DNA from: an uncultured virus (IMG/VR IMGVR_UViG_3300030333_007861)
Lineage: Duplodnaviria > Heunggongvirae > Uroviricota > Caudoviricetes
IMG/VR virus record: IMGVR_UViG_3300030333_007861
Direction: 5' to 3' (one strand)
DNA: 64,000 nucleotides
Shown here: positions 9,683 through 20,273 of the stretch, one piece after another
Layout of the letters: each line of letters starts with the position of its first letter
Numbering within the stretch: the stretch's first letter is position 1
Notes under the pieces: generated by a model
Told to the model about the DNA's origin: nothing
The model's database searches: none
The model's input: only the letters and a program-made list of their open reading frames with translations
Position numbers and translations under genes: made by a program

Positions 9683-12600
9683 GTGGACTCTGAAGAGGCG
9701 CAAGACATCTACAAAAGAGCGATAGTCTCATTCATCAAACATGATGATGAAGATAGTGCTGCTGAACTCTATTTCGCTGTGAGGAATCTCACAGCACATG
9801 GGCACGAAGTTCTACATAATGATGAGCAGATTCTTCTCCGTGCCCAAGATATCTTAGAGGGGTGTGGAGTAGAGGATGATTTAATCAGAAAGAAAATAAG
9901 GACCGCTAAAGAAGGCGATGTCGGCTCTCTTTCTTACATACCTAAATATGTGACCGCTCGGCAAGGCAGGACACATAATCCACATCAAAGTATGGAAATG
10001 GTAGATACTCATCGAGATTTAACCCCTATTTCATTAAATATTGATGGTGAGCCTTTCGCATTAGGGAGAAGGGAATGGAATATCATCAAAGAGTCAGAAG
10101 ATGAATCTTTACGATTAGACGCATTACGCGCATTATTCTCCTATCGTCCAGAATCTGACAGAATTATTGAACCTGAGATTACGATTCAAGGGATAGGTAA
10201 AACAAGAGGAGAGAAGGCTCGCTCTCATGAGAATGTGCCCCATCCTCTGGAACATATCGGATGGTTTCGTAGTGAACCTTATGGGCAAGGGAGAGAGACG
10301 AGTGGCATTGAGCGTTTAACAAGAGCGCTGTATTCCAATGAGGACTCATTACCTGAGATAGATAGACGCAGATTCACCCATGCTGATGAATACAAATCTT
10401 ATCCTCAGCAAAGAATACTTGGGGAATATGGGAGTGGGTCATTACCACAAGGGCGATTACGTCAGATTGGGTTAGAGGATTGGGAAGCAGAATGGAAGAA
10501 AAGATTCGATGGTGAGCCCGATGAGAGAGACTTCATCGACCATACCATACTTCGTAATGAGGGGGTCCCCTCATCTACTATATGGTCCATGCTGTATGAT
10601 AAAGATGGGAAAGGGGGCAGCAGTGAGCGATTCAAAGCATCAATGGGCATGGTTGATTCCGAAAAGGGTATGAGGTTAGGACTTCTACCTGCATTGTTAG
10701 GATTGGAAGGATTACCACAAAAGCAGGCTCTTGATATTCTTGGTTGGTTTATGGATGGCGGAGAGGGGGAAGTCCCGGGATTTGAGAAAATACAAGGCGC
10801 TGAAGGGCTTTTCACAAGAATGTTTAGAGAAAGACTCAGTGTCTTACATCATAATCTAACTGATGACCTTCTGCATAACGGTTCTCACATACCGCATTTA
10901 GATAGTGGTGTGAGGCCCGGTGGTGAAGATATAGACCTCAGTGAACTATCACCCAGAAGGTGGGGAGAGATTCTTCATACTGTGCCATCAGACCCGAGTA
11001 TAGGTAGAGGTGAAGGTAAAAGTTTACTCACGTCTATACTAAGAGGGTCATTTCTACCTGATGTGAGAGACGGGAAAATGAAGAAGGTGACAGATAAGAG
11101 CGAAGAGCCGGTGTTGTCCCATCAACTATTGGAAGATTATGTGAAGGCTGGTCATATCACACCTGAGCAGATGGGAAGAGTGGAAGAATTGGCGCGAAAT
11201 GATTTATCTATAGGTGGGGCGAGACATACTGTCGTAGATGGATATAGTGCATTAGATTCTCCTTGGCGCCCTGTGAAGAATCACGCTAATCATGATGAGG
11301 ATATCTCAAAAGAGCCCAGTGCAGCAAAGGTAGTTCATGATACATTGAGAAATAGGAATGGTGGAGGCCATGCTTTAGGACATATGGATGTCGCCCGCTT
11401 CTTCCATGAGATGTTCCCTACTCTTTTCTTCCATCGACCCACAGATGCGCTTTTAGAAAGGGGTAAAGAGGCACCTATTGACCCAAAAACTGGAAAGACA
11501 TTAGACCCAATGGGGTGGGATGAACATGATGACGCTTCTGTAGTCTATAGTCGCCCCCATCACCCTAATGTCAATCATGAAGTCATGGGGGATGATGACC
11601 CTGATAGGTCTCTGAATTTCGGACCTTGGTTTGGTGGTTTAGCGGGGCAACGGTTTGCCACTATGGAGCGAGAGCCTTTTCCTGATACGTTTGCTCGGGT
11701 AAGACATGATACAAGAAATGTTTTCACATTCGACCCAGCCTCACATATTGATTCTAAAAGAGGTAGTAGGCGAGAAGATTGGGAGAAAGCAGGTAATTCA
11801 GACCGGAGAGATGCGGGGGAGGATAAGAGAAGGACACTACCCACTGACATAACAGGGTATACTCAGGTAAATCACACAGTTGGTTCTAAACCGTCCAGAA
11901 TAAATGATATGTTCGAGCACCATCCAGCGCACTTACACCTTCTTGATTTATTGTTTCAGATGAGTGACCCTGATAATATACATCCTGAATGGGATATCCT
12001 AAGTGGTGACTTAAGTAAGACATTGAAAGATATGATTGAGAGGCCTGAATTGTTCGAAAGTATGGATAGAGACCCTATGAGCCGCACAATTGGGCAATTA
12101 TCTCAGCGTCTTCTCCATACCGGTCTTTTGACTGAAAGTGAATATGACCCAGAAGAGGAAAACCAGTTGGCTCTTTATCGGCACGATTCCGATAATGATG
12201 TATTAGACCATGGCATGCATGTGACACAAGAAGGGGTTTTGAGAGTTTATACACAGATGCTTGAATATCTACAAGGTAAAAGGGACACACCGCCTGCTTT
12301 ACCTGACCCTTATGAAGCAATAGAATCCCAAAGTGATGGGCTACCTATCATCGCCCCGAGCATAGAACATCTTGCGAGGATACCTGAAGTGGAGAAATTA
12401 CGACCATTGCATAGGGGCCGGGGTAATATACGTGGGGAAGGATTACCACATGATGGTATTATAGATTCCATTCATGATTTGGAGGATATATCAGGGAAGA
12501 ATTCACCCTTCAGAAACCTCTTAGTCACACCAAGAGAGAAGGAAGAAATACTGAGGCAAGGACTTCCGGGCCCATTATTGGATGAAGGGACTAAAGGATA

Positions 12601-15514
12601 TGTGATAGGACCCCACCCTAACATAATCACACGGGCTTTACTTGATGAGTTATCAGCAATGGATGTTGGTGATACTGAACCTGAGCGAGTGCAAGAATAT
12701 GCTAAATTCATGAGAGGTTTGAGAAATCAGATATTGACATATAGGGAGACCGACCCCGTTGGTGGGAAAACAGAAGATAATCGAGATTACCTATCACGTG
12801 GACTCATGTCCTCTTATGATAGTATGATACCTATTGCGCGAGGCTTATCTTATCTTTTCCAGCAAGACCCTCGATTCAAAGACTCATTAGATGACGCTGA
12901 GAACCATTCTCGTATTTTAGAGGCAGCAATAGAAGGTAGTAGAACTATGTCCTCTGAAGGTAGAGAGGCCTTCGCTAAACAATTAGAAGAGGCGGGATAT
13001 GATGATGAGGAGACTTTGAAAAGAATCAGAGATGATGAAACTCGTCCTTGGTTCAACACATCCAGATTCCAATTGGATGATATTGAGCAGTCGGATAGTG
13101 TGCGATTACAGGATGCTCTTTCTATGGAGAAGGAAGAGGGTGCTTTAACTGGCGCTGATTTGATTCAACACTATATCGAAGAGCATGAAGATGATGAAAC
13201 CAAAAAGCAACACGGGTTGGATTTCCTTACCCGCATGGAAGAACATGATGGGCATCAGTCCTTCAAAGATTCTCTCTCAAAATATCATAAAGGGAATTGG
13301 ATTAGGCGTAGTAAAAAATATATCGATAGAGGTGTACCAGTCACGCAGTTCGAAGAGAGTGAGAAATATCATTCAGAGTTGGGAGCGATAGGTGACGCGA
13401 TAAAGAGAATCAAGCAGGACCAAATGAAAGAAGGCTCATTGAATTTAACTGAAGGTGTGAAACTCCCTTCTGATTTCAAACCTACTCCTACACTGATGGA
13501 TGTTCATTCAAATAAAAGACGGAAAATGCAAACGGGGAAAGCACAGAGGCGTTTTTATGAATCTCTCCCTGAATTTCTCTATTCACGTGTCGGTCTCAAT
13601 GTAGGGGTGGGTGGTGAAATAGGACATAGCAGAAAACTTAGACATAGTGGGGGTGCTACCGCCTTACCTGTCGATAGTGGCAGATTTGATTCATTCAGGC
13701 CTATGCCTATCCTTGGCTCAATAGGGTTATCACGTCAAATGGGCCAGACTGCTTACCCTAAGATAGATGTCGATTTCGGGGATGGTAGTGAGGGACCTGT
13801 CATACATCATAATCCACTTGGTTATCCCCGCCTTCAAACAAGGTTTCCACCCAATGTGATGCAAGACGTTCTTGGTAGAGAATCACCAGAACCTAAACAG
13901 ACATCATATGAAGGAGATTCCGCTGCGGTTATTGGGGCTCAGATGCAACCGGGAGAGAAAGTAGATTTGTTACGCTCTTTTGATGCACTGACTGACCTCG
14001 ACCTTCTCATTAAAGAGGAAGATGAGCGAGATAAAGGGGAATTCCTCCCAGTCAAAGCCATGCATCGTATATTTGATGTGAAGGACTTAGAACACTTGCG
14101 CGGTTTCAGTGGTGATTGGGTCGTCAGTATATGGCCTCAAGGTGAACGACTCATTCTTGAGAGAGAAGGGGATGAGGTTAAGGTGAGGGATAGTGAAGGG
14201 GGAGAACACGATTTACCTAAGAGCACATTGAAAGGAATCAAAGAATTACATGATGAGAAGGACTACATCCTTGATGGGGTGTGGGATGGTGAGCATCTTC
14301 ACATTGTAGACATCATCAAATTCGCAGATGAAGACATGGAAAACATGCCTACTAAAGATAGAGTGCGTCATGTTCGTGCCACATTTGAGGCTAATGAAGA
14401 AGTGAGTATTCCAGCCCCAGTGAATACACGAAGAACTGATGATGTGGGACTTGAAGATTCTATAGAATCTCTTTTCAAAGAGCCGAATGCGAAACAGATT
14501 CTCTTACGAGATGCCGATGCTACCTATATGATGGGGGAGACCAGACATCCGAAATGGGTATTGTTGAGCCCGATGAAGAAGTTAGATGTTCGTATTGTAG
14601 CACTTAGTGGTAAAAACGCAAGGTTGGGTGTAGGGCCAATCTTTTCAGATATCGCTGAAGAGATAGGGAATCGCTCTGTTGAATATGAAGATGAACACTA
14701 CATGGATGTTGGCTCTACCCGTCTTTCAGAGGATAAAGAAGAGGGTGATTATATCACTGTGAAGGTGGATAGTGTAACCCACTCTGAAAGGAAGGGGCAC
14801 GACATCTATCGTTTGAATGGCGCAACTTTCGACTCTGATAGTGAAGCAGGAGCAACTGATAGTGTAGAGACTCTCTCTATTATGTCTGGAGTCCCAGACG
14901 ATGTCCCACACCGTATCCGTGTCACTAAAGGGAATGTCCTCATCAATTTCCCCGCTTTGAAGACTGATGTAATTTACAAGACTGAGAATTCAGGGAATGT
15001 TTGGCTGGTGTATGAGCCTGATGCTCCTCATGATTACGCGCTGAAATTAGCAGAGTCACAGAGACCATTCTGGGAGGCACCTGCTGCTATTCTACTCAGG
15101 TCAGAGAAGGAAACTAAGAATGAGAATGAAGAAAAGGCACATGTAGAGCCAGAACCTCTGGCTAATCATAAGAAGAAACCGAAGAAGGTAGATGAGGACC
15201 AATTTTTCAAACGTGGTCTCATAACTGCTCTGGAAGTAATTGACAGGATGTTGAAAGAGAAGAGTACATTCACAGGGCCGAAAGGACTGGGTATTGATTT
15301 CGCCACACCGATAGAGTCACCAAGTGGGCCTACTGAGGTCATTAATGAATCAGGACTTCCTGATTATGACCCGATAGATGGACATGATGCTCCTAAATCT
15401 GCTAAAAAGAAGCATCTTAAGAAGTTCCCAATAAAAACAGAAAGAGATGAGGGAGCGACATTAACAACCTCTCAAGATGAGAGTTTTCTTGATTTAAGAG
15501 AGGCGCCTGTTTGA
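9683..15514 (+). CDS. 1943-aa head-module protein with C-terminal degenerate ATP-dependent DNA ligase-like (NTase+OB) domain
   Basis: GTG start after GAGGTGGTGG; ligase motif order recognisable at ~14110-14860 (WVVSIWPQGER, YILDGV, HIVDII, ILLRD..ATY..G...PKW). Confidence 0.75.
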   Translation: MDSEEAQDIYKRAIVSFIKHDDEDSAAELYFAVRNLTAHGHEVLHNDEQILLRAQDILEGCGVEDDLIRKKIRTAKEGDVGSLSYIPKYVTARQGRTHNPHQSMEMVDTHRDLTPISLNIDGEPFALGRREWNIIKESEDESLRLDALRALFSYRPESDRIIEPEITIQGIGKTRGEKARSHENVPHPLEHIGWFRSEPYGQGRETSGIERLTRALYSNEDSLPEIDRRRFTHADEYKSYPQQRILGEYGSGSLPQGRLRQIGLEDWEAEWKKRFDGEPDERDFIDHTILRNEGVPSSTIWSMLYDKDGKGGSSERFKASMGMVDSEKGMRLGLLPALLGLEGLPQKQALDILGWFMDGGEGEVPGFEKIQGAEGLFTRMFRERLSVLHHNLTDDLLHNGSHIPHLDSGVRPGGEDIDLSELSPRRWGEILHTVPSDPSIGRGEGKSLLTSILRGSFLPDVRDGKMKKVTDKSEEPVLSHQLLEDYVKAGHITPEQMGRVEELARNDLSIGGARHTVVDGYSALDSPWRPVKNHANHDEDISKEPSAAKVVHDTLRNRNGGGHALGHMDVARFFHEMFPTLFFHRPTDALLERGKEAPIDPKTGKTLDPMGWDEHDDASVVYSRPHHPNVNHEVMGDDDPDRSLNFGPWFGGLAGQRFATMEREPFPDTFARVRHDTRNVFTFDPASHIDSKRGSRREDWEKAGNSDRRDAGEDKRRTLPTDITGYTQVNHTVGSKPSRINDMFEHHPAHLHLLDLLFQMSDPDNIHPEWDILSGDLSKTLKDMIERPELFESMDRDPMSRTIGQLSQRLLHTGLLTESEYDPEEENQLALYRHDSDNDVLDHGMHVTQEGVLRVYTQMLEYLQGKRDTPPALPDPYEAIESQSDGLPIIAPSIEHLARIPEVEKLRPLHRGRGNIRGEGLPHDGIIDSIHDLEDISGKNSPFRNLLVTPREKEEILRQGLPGPLLDEGTKGYVIGPHPNIITRALLDELSAMDVGDTEPERVQEYAKFMRGLRNQILTYRETDPVGGKTEDNRDYLSRGLMSSYDSMIPIARGLSYLFQQDPRFKDSLDDAENHSRILEAAIEGSRTMSSEGREAFAKQLEEAGYDDEETLKRIRDDETRPWFNTSRFQLDDIEQSDSVRLQDALSMEKEEGALTGADLIQHYIEEHEDDETKKQHGLDFLTRMEEHDGHQSFKDSLSKYHKGNWIRRSKKYIDRGVPVTQFEESEKYHSELGAIGDAIKRIKQDQMKEGSLNLTEGVKLPSDFKPTPTLMDVHSNKRRKMQTGKAQRRFYESLPEFLYSRVGLNVGVGGEIGHSRKLRHSGGATALPVDSGRFDSFRPMPILGSIGLSRQMGQTAYPKIDVDFGDGSEGPVIHHNPLGYPRLQTRFPPNVMQDVLGRESPEPKQTSYEGDSAAVIGAQMQPGEKVDLLRSFDALTDLDLLIKEEDERDKGEFLPVKAMHRIFDVKDLEHLRGFSGDWVVSIWPQGERLILEREGDEVKVRDSEGGEHDLPKSTLKGIKELHDEKDYILDGVWDGEHLHIVDIIKFADEDMENMPTKDRVRHVRATFEANEEVSIPAPVNTRRTDDVGLEDSIESLFKEPNAKQILLRDADATYMMGETRHPKWVLLSPMKKLDVRIVALSGKNARLGVGPIFSDIAEEIGNRSVEYEDEHYMDVGSTRLSEDKEEGDYITVKVDSVTHSERKGHDIYRLNGATFDSDSEAGATDSVETLSIMSGVPDDVPHRIRVTKGNVLINFPALKTDVIYKTENSGNVWLVYEPDAPHDYALKLAESQRPFWEAPAAILLRSEKETKNENEEKAHVEPEPLANHKKKPKKVDEDQFFKRGLITALEVIDRMLKEKSTFTGPKGLGIDFATPIESPSGPTEVINESGLPDYDPIDGHDAPKSAKKKHLKKFPIKTERDEGATLTTSQDESFLDLREAPV

Positions 15515-15543
15515 TATACCATGAAGAGCGCTGAGGGAGTTCG

Positions 15544-16980
15544 ATGATGAGTCTCGCAGCACCGAGGAGTATGGACCCAGTCCTGCTCAAAGGTACTGGT
15601 GAAGACCTCATCGTTGCTGGTTACGCATCTGTCGAAATGGTTGACAAGCAGGGTGACCTTATCACCCGCTCTGCCTTGAAGGACGCCTTTGGGAAATTCA
15701 TGAAGGCGAATGGATATCGTAATGTTCAACTCGCTCATTCTAATATTCAAGTAGGGGAAGTTATCCCTGAATACAGTGATAGTAATGGGCGTCTTTGGAA
15801 ATCAGAAGTTGACGATACCGGGATGTTCGTCGTTATTCGACTACGTGGTGACATCGAGAAGGCTCGTGAAGTCGCCGCTGAAATCCGAAAGGGGAACCTA
15901 CGCTCGTTCTCTATCGGAGGGCAAGCATTTGAGCGTATCAATAAAACAGATTCCTCTCGGGGCGATTACCGCGAAATAAGCAGGATGGAACTACATGAAG
16001 TTACTATCTGCGAGAAAGGTATCAATCCAGAGGCGCAATTTCGCATATTGAAAGAAGACAAAGGTGAAAACATGAGTGACCCGATGAATGAACTACAAGA
16101 CGTACTTGAAAGACTATCCAAGAAATTGGATGATAAAGAGGCAATGGCCTACGAAGATGAAAAGAAAGATTCCCCGAAGTCTGAAGATGCAGACTCTAAA
16201 GATGACAAGGACAAAGAGAACCCTGAGAAGGGAGAAATGCCTGCAGGTCTTAGAGAGCACATGAAAGACAAGAAGGGTGATAAAGACGAATCCGATGATG
16301 ATAAGGATAACAAAGATGAGAAAAAGGATGATGATAAAATGGAAAAGAACGACATGGATGATGTCATAACGACTGACTATTTGCAGTGGCTTGAGTCCAC
16401 TGTGAAAAGCGCAGGGTATGACCCAACTGCAGCACGCGACCACTTTGATGGTGTGGAGAAAGGATACGGTAAGGGAGAAGATGGTGCTTCTCACCGAGGA
16501 CAGCCCGCTCTGGGAATTGTCGGTGAAGGTATTTCTGCTCCTAAGCCCAACTTCGGCGCTGGCGGGAAAGGTAACCAGACCGTCATCAAGACTGATGACT
16601 TCATCAACATGGAGAGTCTATCCCCATCACAAATCGAAGAAGCCTATGAAGTCTACAAGGCTGCCGCTAAAGAGCAGCATTTGAAGACCGACCTTGGTAA
16701 CTACTTCGAGACCCGTCTCCAGAAGGAGATATCTGAAGAGAATGATGAGAAGGCCCGTCAGGAATATGATTCCCGAGAGCCTCTCGCTGACCTCCAGAAG
16801 GCAGTTCTTGCTCTCGGAGAGAGGATTGATAATATCACCTCTGGGGAGTCTGAAACCTTCCAGAAGTCCGCACAGGCTTCAATCAATGTTCCTGTTCCTG
16901 ACACGAGTGAATTGGCAACCATGACGTGGGATGATGTCCACCGTCTTGCAGGCCGCGCTCTTCGGGGAGGTGACAACTGA
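15544..16980 (+). CDS. Prohead protease (HK97 family) fused to acidic scaffolding region
   Basis: VAGYASVEMVDKQGD, QLAHS, LRSFSIGG, ELHEVTIC..GINPEA; directly upstream of the capsid gene. Confidence 0.92.
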   Translation: MMSLAAPRSMDPVLLKGTGEDLIVAGYASVEMVDKQGDLITRSALKDAFGKFMKANGYRNVQLAHSNIQVGEVIPEYSDSNGRLWKSEVDDTGMFVVIRLRGDIEKAREVAAEIRKGNLRSFSIGGQAFERINKTDSSRGDYREISRMELHEVTICEKGINPEAQFRILKEDKGENMSDPMNELQDVLERLSKKLDDKEAMAYEDEKKDSPKSEDADSKDDKDKENPEKGEMPAGLREHMKDKKGDKDESDDDKDNKDEKKDDDKMEKNDMDDVITTDYLQWLESTVKSAGYDPTAARDHFDGVEKGYGKGEDGASHRGQPALGIVGEGISAPKPNFGAGGKGNQTVIKTDDFINMESLSPSQIEEAYEVYKAAAKEQHLKTDLGNYFETRLQKEISEENDEKARQEYDSREPLADLQKAVLALGERIDNITSGESETFQKSAQASINVPVPDTSELATMTWDDVHRLAGRALRGGDN

Positions 16981-18116
16981 TGGCAAGAGATTACGTTAGA
17001 ACGATTCAAGACATGGAGCGATATTACTACGGTGGAGCAGCCCTCACAGGTTATTCCTACAGTAGTGGGGACATTCTGAAAGCAGATGCCCCTCTGATGT
17101 CCACTACGGCTGGTACCTATCAGGCCATCTATGGCCGCAAAGTGTGGTCCCAACTGAACCAAGAATTCAACGCTTTCAGCATTCTACCTAAGAAGCCATG
17201 GGAGCGAAGTGGATGGAGAATCATCACCGCTAAGCCTTCCTTCACGAAGGGTGGCGGTGTTGCAGAAAACGCAACTCTCCCAGATACCACGAAGCCTGAC
17301 TTCCTCCATGTAGCAGCCAAGCCAAAGACTGTTGCTCACACCTTCGACTTGAGCGAAGTGAGCATGTTCCTGTCTGACAAGGATGACGGTCTTGGTGACG
17401 TCCGCCAAGTGCTGAAGGAAGAAATGGGTAAGCATCACGCTGACCACATCAACCGAATGCTGTTGACTGATGTCGACACACCAGCAGCCAACGATTTGGA
17501 GTCGCTTGACCGTATCACGTCCGACCCAGACAACATGACGACTGGCACTACGCACGTCAGCGCAACAACGGACCACGACATCTACTCCATCACCCGTGAT
17601 GGAAGCGTCGGTTTCCACAGCGCAGAAGTGAGTGTTGACTCAACCAGCACGAACAGGAACCTGTCTCTTGACCACATGGATACGCTCTTCCAGCAAGTCT
17701 GGACCCGTGGTGGTAATCCAAAGGTCATCCTAACAGGATACGACACCCTGATGCGTGTACAGCAACTCCTACAGAGCCAGCAGAGGTTCATGGAGTCCAA
17801 GAGGGTCACCCCAACCTACAACGGTGTTAAGGGTGTTCCCGGAATCGAGGCTGGGTTCATTGTGGCCACCTACAATGGTGTGCCCATCATCCCAACCAAG
17901 GACATGCCAAGTGATGGTATCAGCCGTCTCTACTACCTCGACACTGACTACATGTGGTTCCAGACTGCAATTCCAACCCAATACTTCGAGTCTGGTATTG
18001 AAACGGGTGACCCGTTCGCAATCAACCGACTCGGTCAAGAAGGTCTTTACCGAACAATGGGCGAAATCTGGTGCTCTTTCTTTGGAGCACAAGGGAGCGT
18101 GCGAGACCTACAGTGA
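16980..18116 (+). CDS. Major capsid protein (HK97 fold)
   Basis: Follows the protease; 378 aa; GGVAENATLP, TYNGVPII, GSVRDL motifs; strong C-ending codon bias consistent with high expression. Confidence 0.9.
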   Translation: MARDYVRTIQDMERYYYGGAALTGYSYSSGDILKADAPLMSTTAGTYQAIYGRKVWSQLNQEFNAFSILPKKPWERSGWRIITAKPSFTKGGGVAENATLPDTTKPDFLHVAAKPKTVAHTFDLSEVSMFLSDKDDGLGDVRQVLKEEMGKHHADHINRMLLTDVDTPAANDLESLDRITSDPDNMTTGTTHVSATTDHDIYSITRDGSVGFHSAEVSVDSTSTNRNLSLDHMDTLFQQVWTRGGNPKVILTGYDTLMRVQQLLQSQQRFMESKRVTPTYNGVKGVPGIEAGFIVATYNGVPIIPTKDMPSDGISRLYYLDTDYMWFQTAIPTQYFESGIETGDPFAINRLGQEGLYRTMGEIWCSFFGAQGSVRDLQ

Positions 18117-18152
18117 GGGTTGCGGAGAGAGAAAAAAAGGAGATGAAAAATT

Positions 18153-18560
18153 ATGGCAGCAGCAACACACAGAGGAATTACCTACACAAGTAGCGGAAGT
18201 GCGACTATCACAGTGGACCTTGACCTACCCCTCCAAGCAGGGGTTGACCAAGACGACACAAGTTGGTTGACATCCTATCCGGGTGCACTGACTTCATTCT
18301 CAGCGCGACAGACTGATGGAACGAACAAGATGCAACCAAGACTGGTTTGTCTAACAATAGGCGCATTAGCAGAGGCCGAGACTATCACCCTAAGTGGTGG
18401 AGCAAATGCTATCCTATCATGCATTGCACACGGAACTGACGCTACTGCGAATCTTGGTGTGTCCTTTAGCGGACTTGTTCTCACGGCTGATTGTGAAGCA
18501 ACTACTGATGGAACCACTAACGATACAAGTAACGCAACAATTTGGTTACTCGTAGCCTAA
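18153..18560 (+). CDS. Virion structural protein (possible capsid decoration)
   Basis: 135-aa T/S/A/G-rich beta-type protein after the MCP; AGGAG RBS. Confidence 0.65.
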   Translation: MAAATHRGITYTSSGSATITVDLDLPLQAGVDQDDTSWLTSYPGALTSFSARQTDGTNKMQPRLVCLTIGALAEAETITLSGGANAILSCIAHGTDATANLGVSFSGLVLTADCEATTDGTTNDTSNATIWLLVA

Positions 18561-18574
18561 TCGGGGTGCTCTAA

Positions 18575-18952
18575 GTGCCCACGGTTTGCTACAGAGGCCG
18601 ACAGAAGGCCGGCTTTAATGCTGGCCGTCTCGGCTTCTTCGAGTGGGGTGTACCAAAAATGGTCTCCCAAGAGTGGCTGGATGAGCGCAGGAACATCATC
18701 AGTTCTGATTTCATTATCGAAGGAGATATGTTCAATGTCCCCGGTATGGTACCAGCAGGTGCTGAAGAAACAGTAGATGAAGGAAATGATGGTATCCCAG
18801 ACGCTGGATGGGTGAAGAGAGACATTAGCGCATGGTTAGAATCTCAAGGAGAATCTGTAAAGGCTGGAGCGACAAAAAGAAGTCTCTTGAAAAGAGTAGA
18901 AGAGATAATGAATACCGACCCAGTCGGAGAAACAGAACCACAAACGGAGTGA
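18575..18952 (+). CDS. Hypothetical protein with C-terminal HeH/LEM-like helix pair
   Basis: W.K.DI..WL...G......ATK..LL pattern; GTG start with GGGGTG RBS. Confidence 0.6.
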   Translation: MPTVCYRGRQKAGFNAGRLGFFEWGVPKMVSQEWLDERRNIISSDFIIEGDMFNVPGMVPAGAEETVDEGNDGIPDAGWVKRDISAWLESQGESVKAGATKRSLLKRVEEIMNTDPVGETEPQTE

Positions 18953-18958
18953 TGAAGA

Positions 18959-19489
18959 ATGGCAGCAGGAAACACAATTGATACACGAGTGCACGTAATG
19001 GGCGACCTTTACATGATGACAGGGACCTTTACTGATGGTGGCACAGATGTGTCATATGCAGACCACCTCTCAGAAGTTTACGCAGCAGGTGGGCACGTTA
19101 CCAGTCTTTATGATACAGGTATTAAAATCAATGAGGGTGACGACATCGTTGTTGGTGAAACAGCAATGACTGTAGATACAGTCGATGCGCGACTACACTT
19201 CAATATCGGCGAGACAGTTTACACGTCCGCTGGGGCAAGAGTAGGTGCTATCACCGCTCTTGCGGCTACAACTGTTACAATCGGAGCAGGAGCAGCAGTC
19301 GCAATGAGTAACAACGACAATCTCTACAAGTTGGGACCCGACCAGAGCGCAGTGACTCTCAATGACGGTTCTCTCGCAGTGAGCATTGACACGACCAACA
19401 AATATGTCGTCTTCGGCAATGGTAATCTCGGAGCAGCGAGCACAGCCCACACTCAGGATGGGCGTTGGTGGATACTCGGTAAGCGTTGA
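18959..19489 (+). CDS. Virion structural protein
   Basis: 176-aa T/G/A-rich ORF in the structural operon. Confidence 0.65.
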   Translation: MAAGNTIDTRVHVMGDLYMMTGTFTDGGTDVSYADHLSEVYAAGGHVTSLYDTGIKINEGDDIVVGETAMTVDTVDARLHFNIGETVYTSAGARVGAITALAATTVTIGAGAAVAMSNNDNLYKLGPDQSAVTLNDGSLAVSIDTTNKYVVFGNGNLGAASTAHTQDGRWWILGKR

Positions 19490-19502
19490 GGGGTGATAGC
19501 CC

Positions 19503-19997
19503 TTGGCGCTTCCAGCAATTAACACTCAAATCTATACGTTCCCCCCTAACGGGCCGTATTACACAGGTTTGTCTGTGAAAACACAAGTTGCTATTGATGC
19601 ATCTGGCGCTGAGTCAATTGTCACGAATGATGCGGCAGACGCAAATACTGATTTTACAACTGCTAATGCTAACCTCATTCTGAATCCTAATGCTAAACAG
19701 AATAGTGCCACTAATCTCTATGTGAAAAGGTCGGATGTGTCTTTAGACGGCCCGGGATTCCTCCACATTGGGTGGGTGACTGCTACAAATGTAGGTGCTG
19801 ATGCAGAGACGTTCGCACTTCAAGAAAAGGCATCATGTACAATACCAGCCAATTGTAAATTATATTGTGACACTTATGCTCCTATGCTGAATGGTAGAGT
19901 GATTGATGTCATGGCAGGCGCTTCTGCTTCCGTAACTGATGTGAGTACGATTACATCAAGAGGTAATATAGTAGTGAGTGTTTCTTTCGCGGGTTGA
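19503..19997 (+). CDS. Virion structural protein
   Basis: TTG start after GGGGTGA RBS; 164 aa. Confidence 0.6.
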   Translation: MALPAINTQIYTFPPNGPYYTGLSVKTQVAIDASGAESIVTNDAADANTDFTTANANLILNPNAKQNSATNLYVKRSDVSLDGPGFLHIGWVTATNVGADAETFALQEKASCTIPANCKLYCDTYAPMLNGRVIDVMAGASASVTDVSTITSRGNIVVSVSFAG

Positions 19998-20006
19998 GGT
20001 GAATGA

Positions 20007-20273
20007 TTGACGCCCGAGGAAATTTACAGAATGGCGCGCCAAGGTTGGACTGAGGCCGTAGGTGACTCTGTACAAAGCGAAGATGATGACCGCCTTCGTG
20101 GTGTTATCAAAGAGCAGAATGTTCGCTCACGTAATGTGAGAGATGTTGTGAATATCGGTTCAGGTACACGCTGCACATATTGCGGAATGTTACATTTTTG
20201 TTATGTTGAGAAATGTGGCGCTTGCGCTAAACCTATGCAGTATAACATGGGGAAAACGGAGCGTGTGATATGA
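20007..20273 (+). CDS. Small Zn-finger protein
   Basis: CTYC...CGAC; TTG start after GAGGTGA. Confidence 0.65.
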   Translation: MTPEEIYRMARQGWTEAVGDSVQSEDDDRLRGVIKEQNVRSRNVRDVVNIGSGTRCTYCGMLHFCYVEKCGACAKPMQYNMGKTERVI

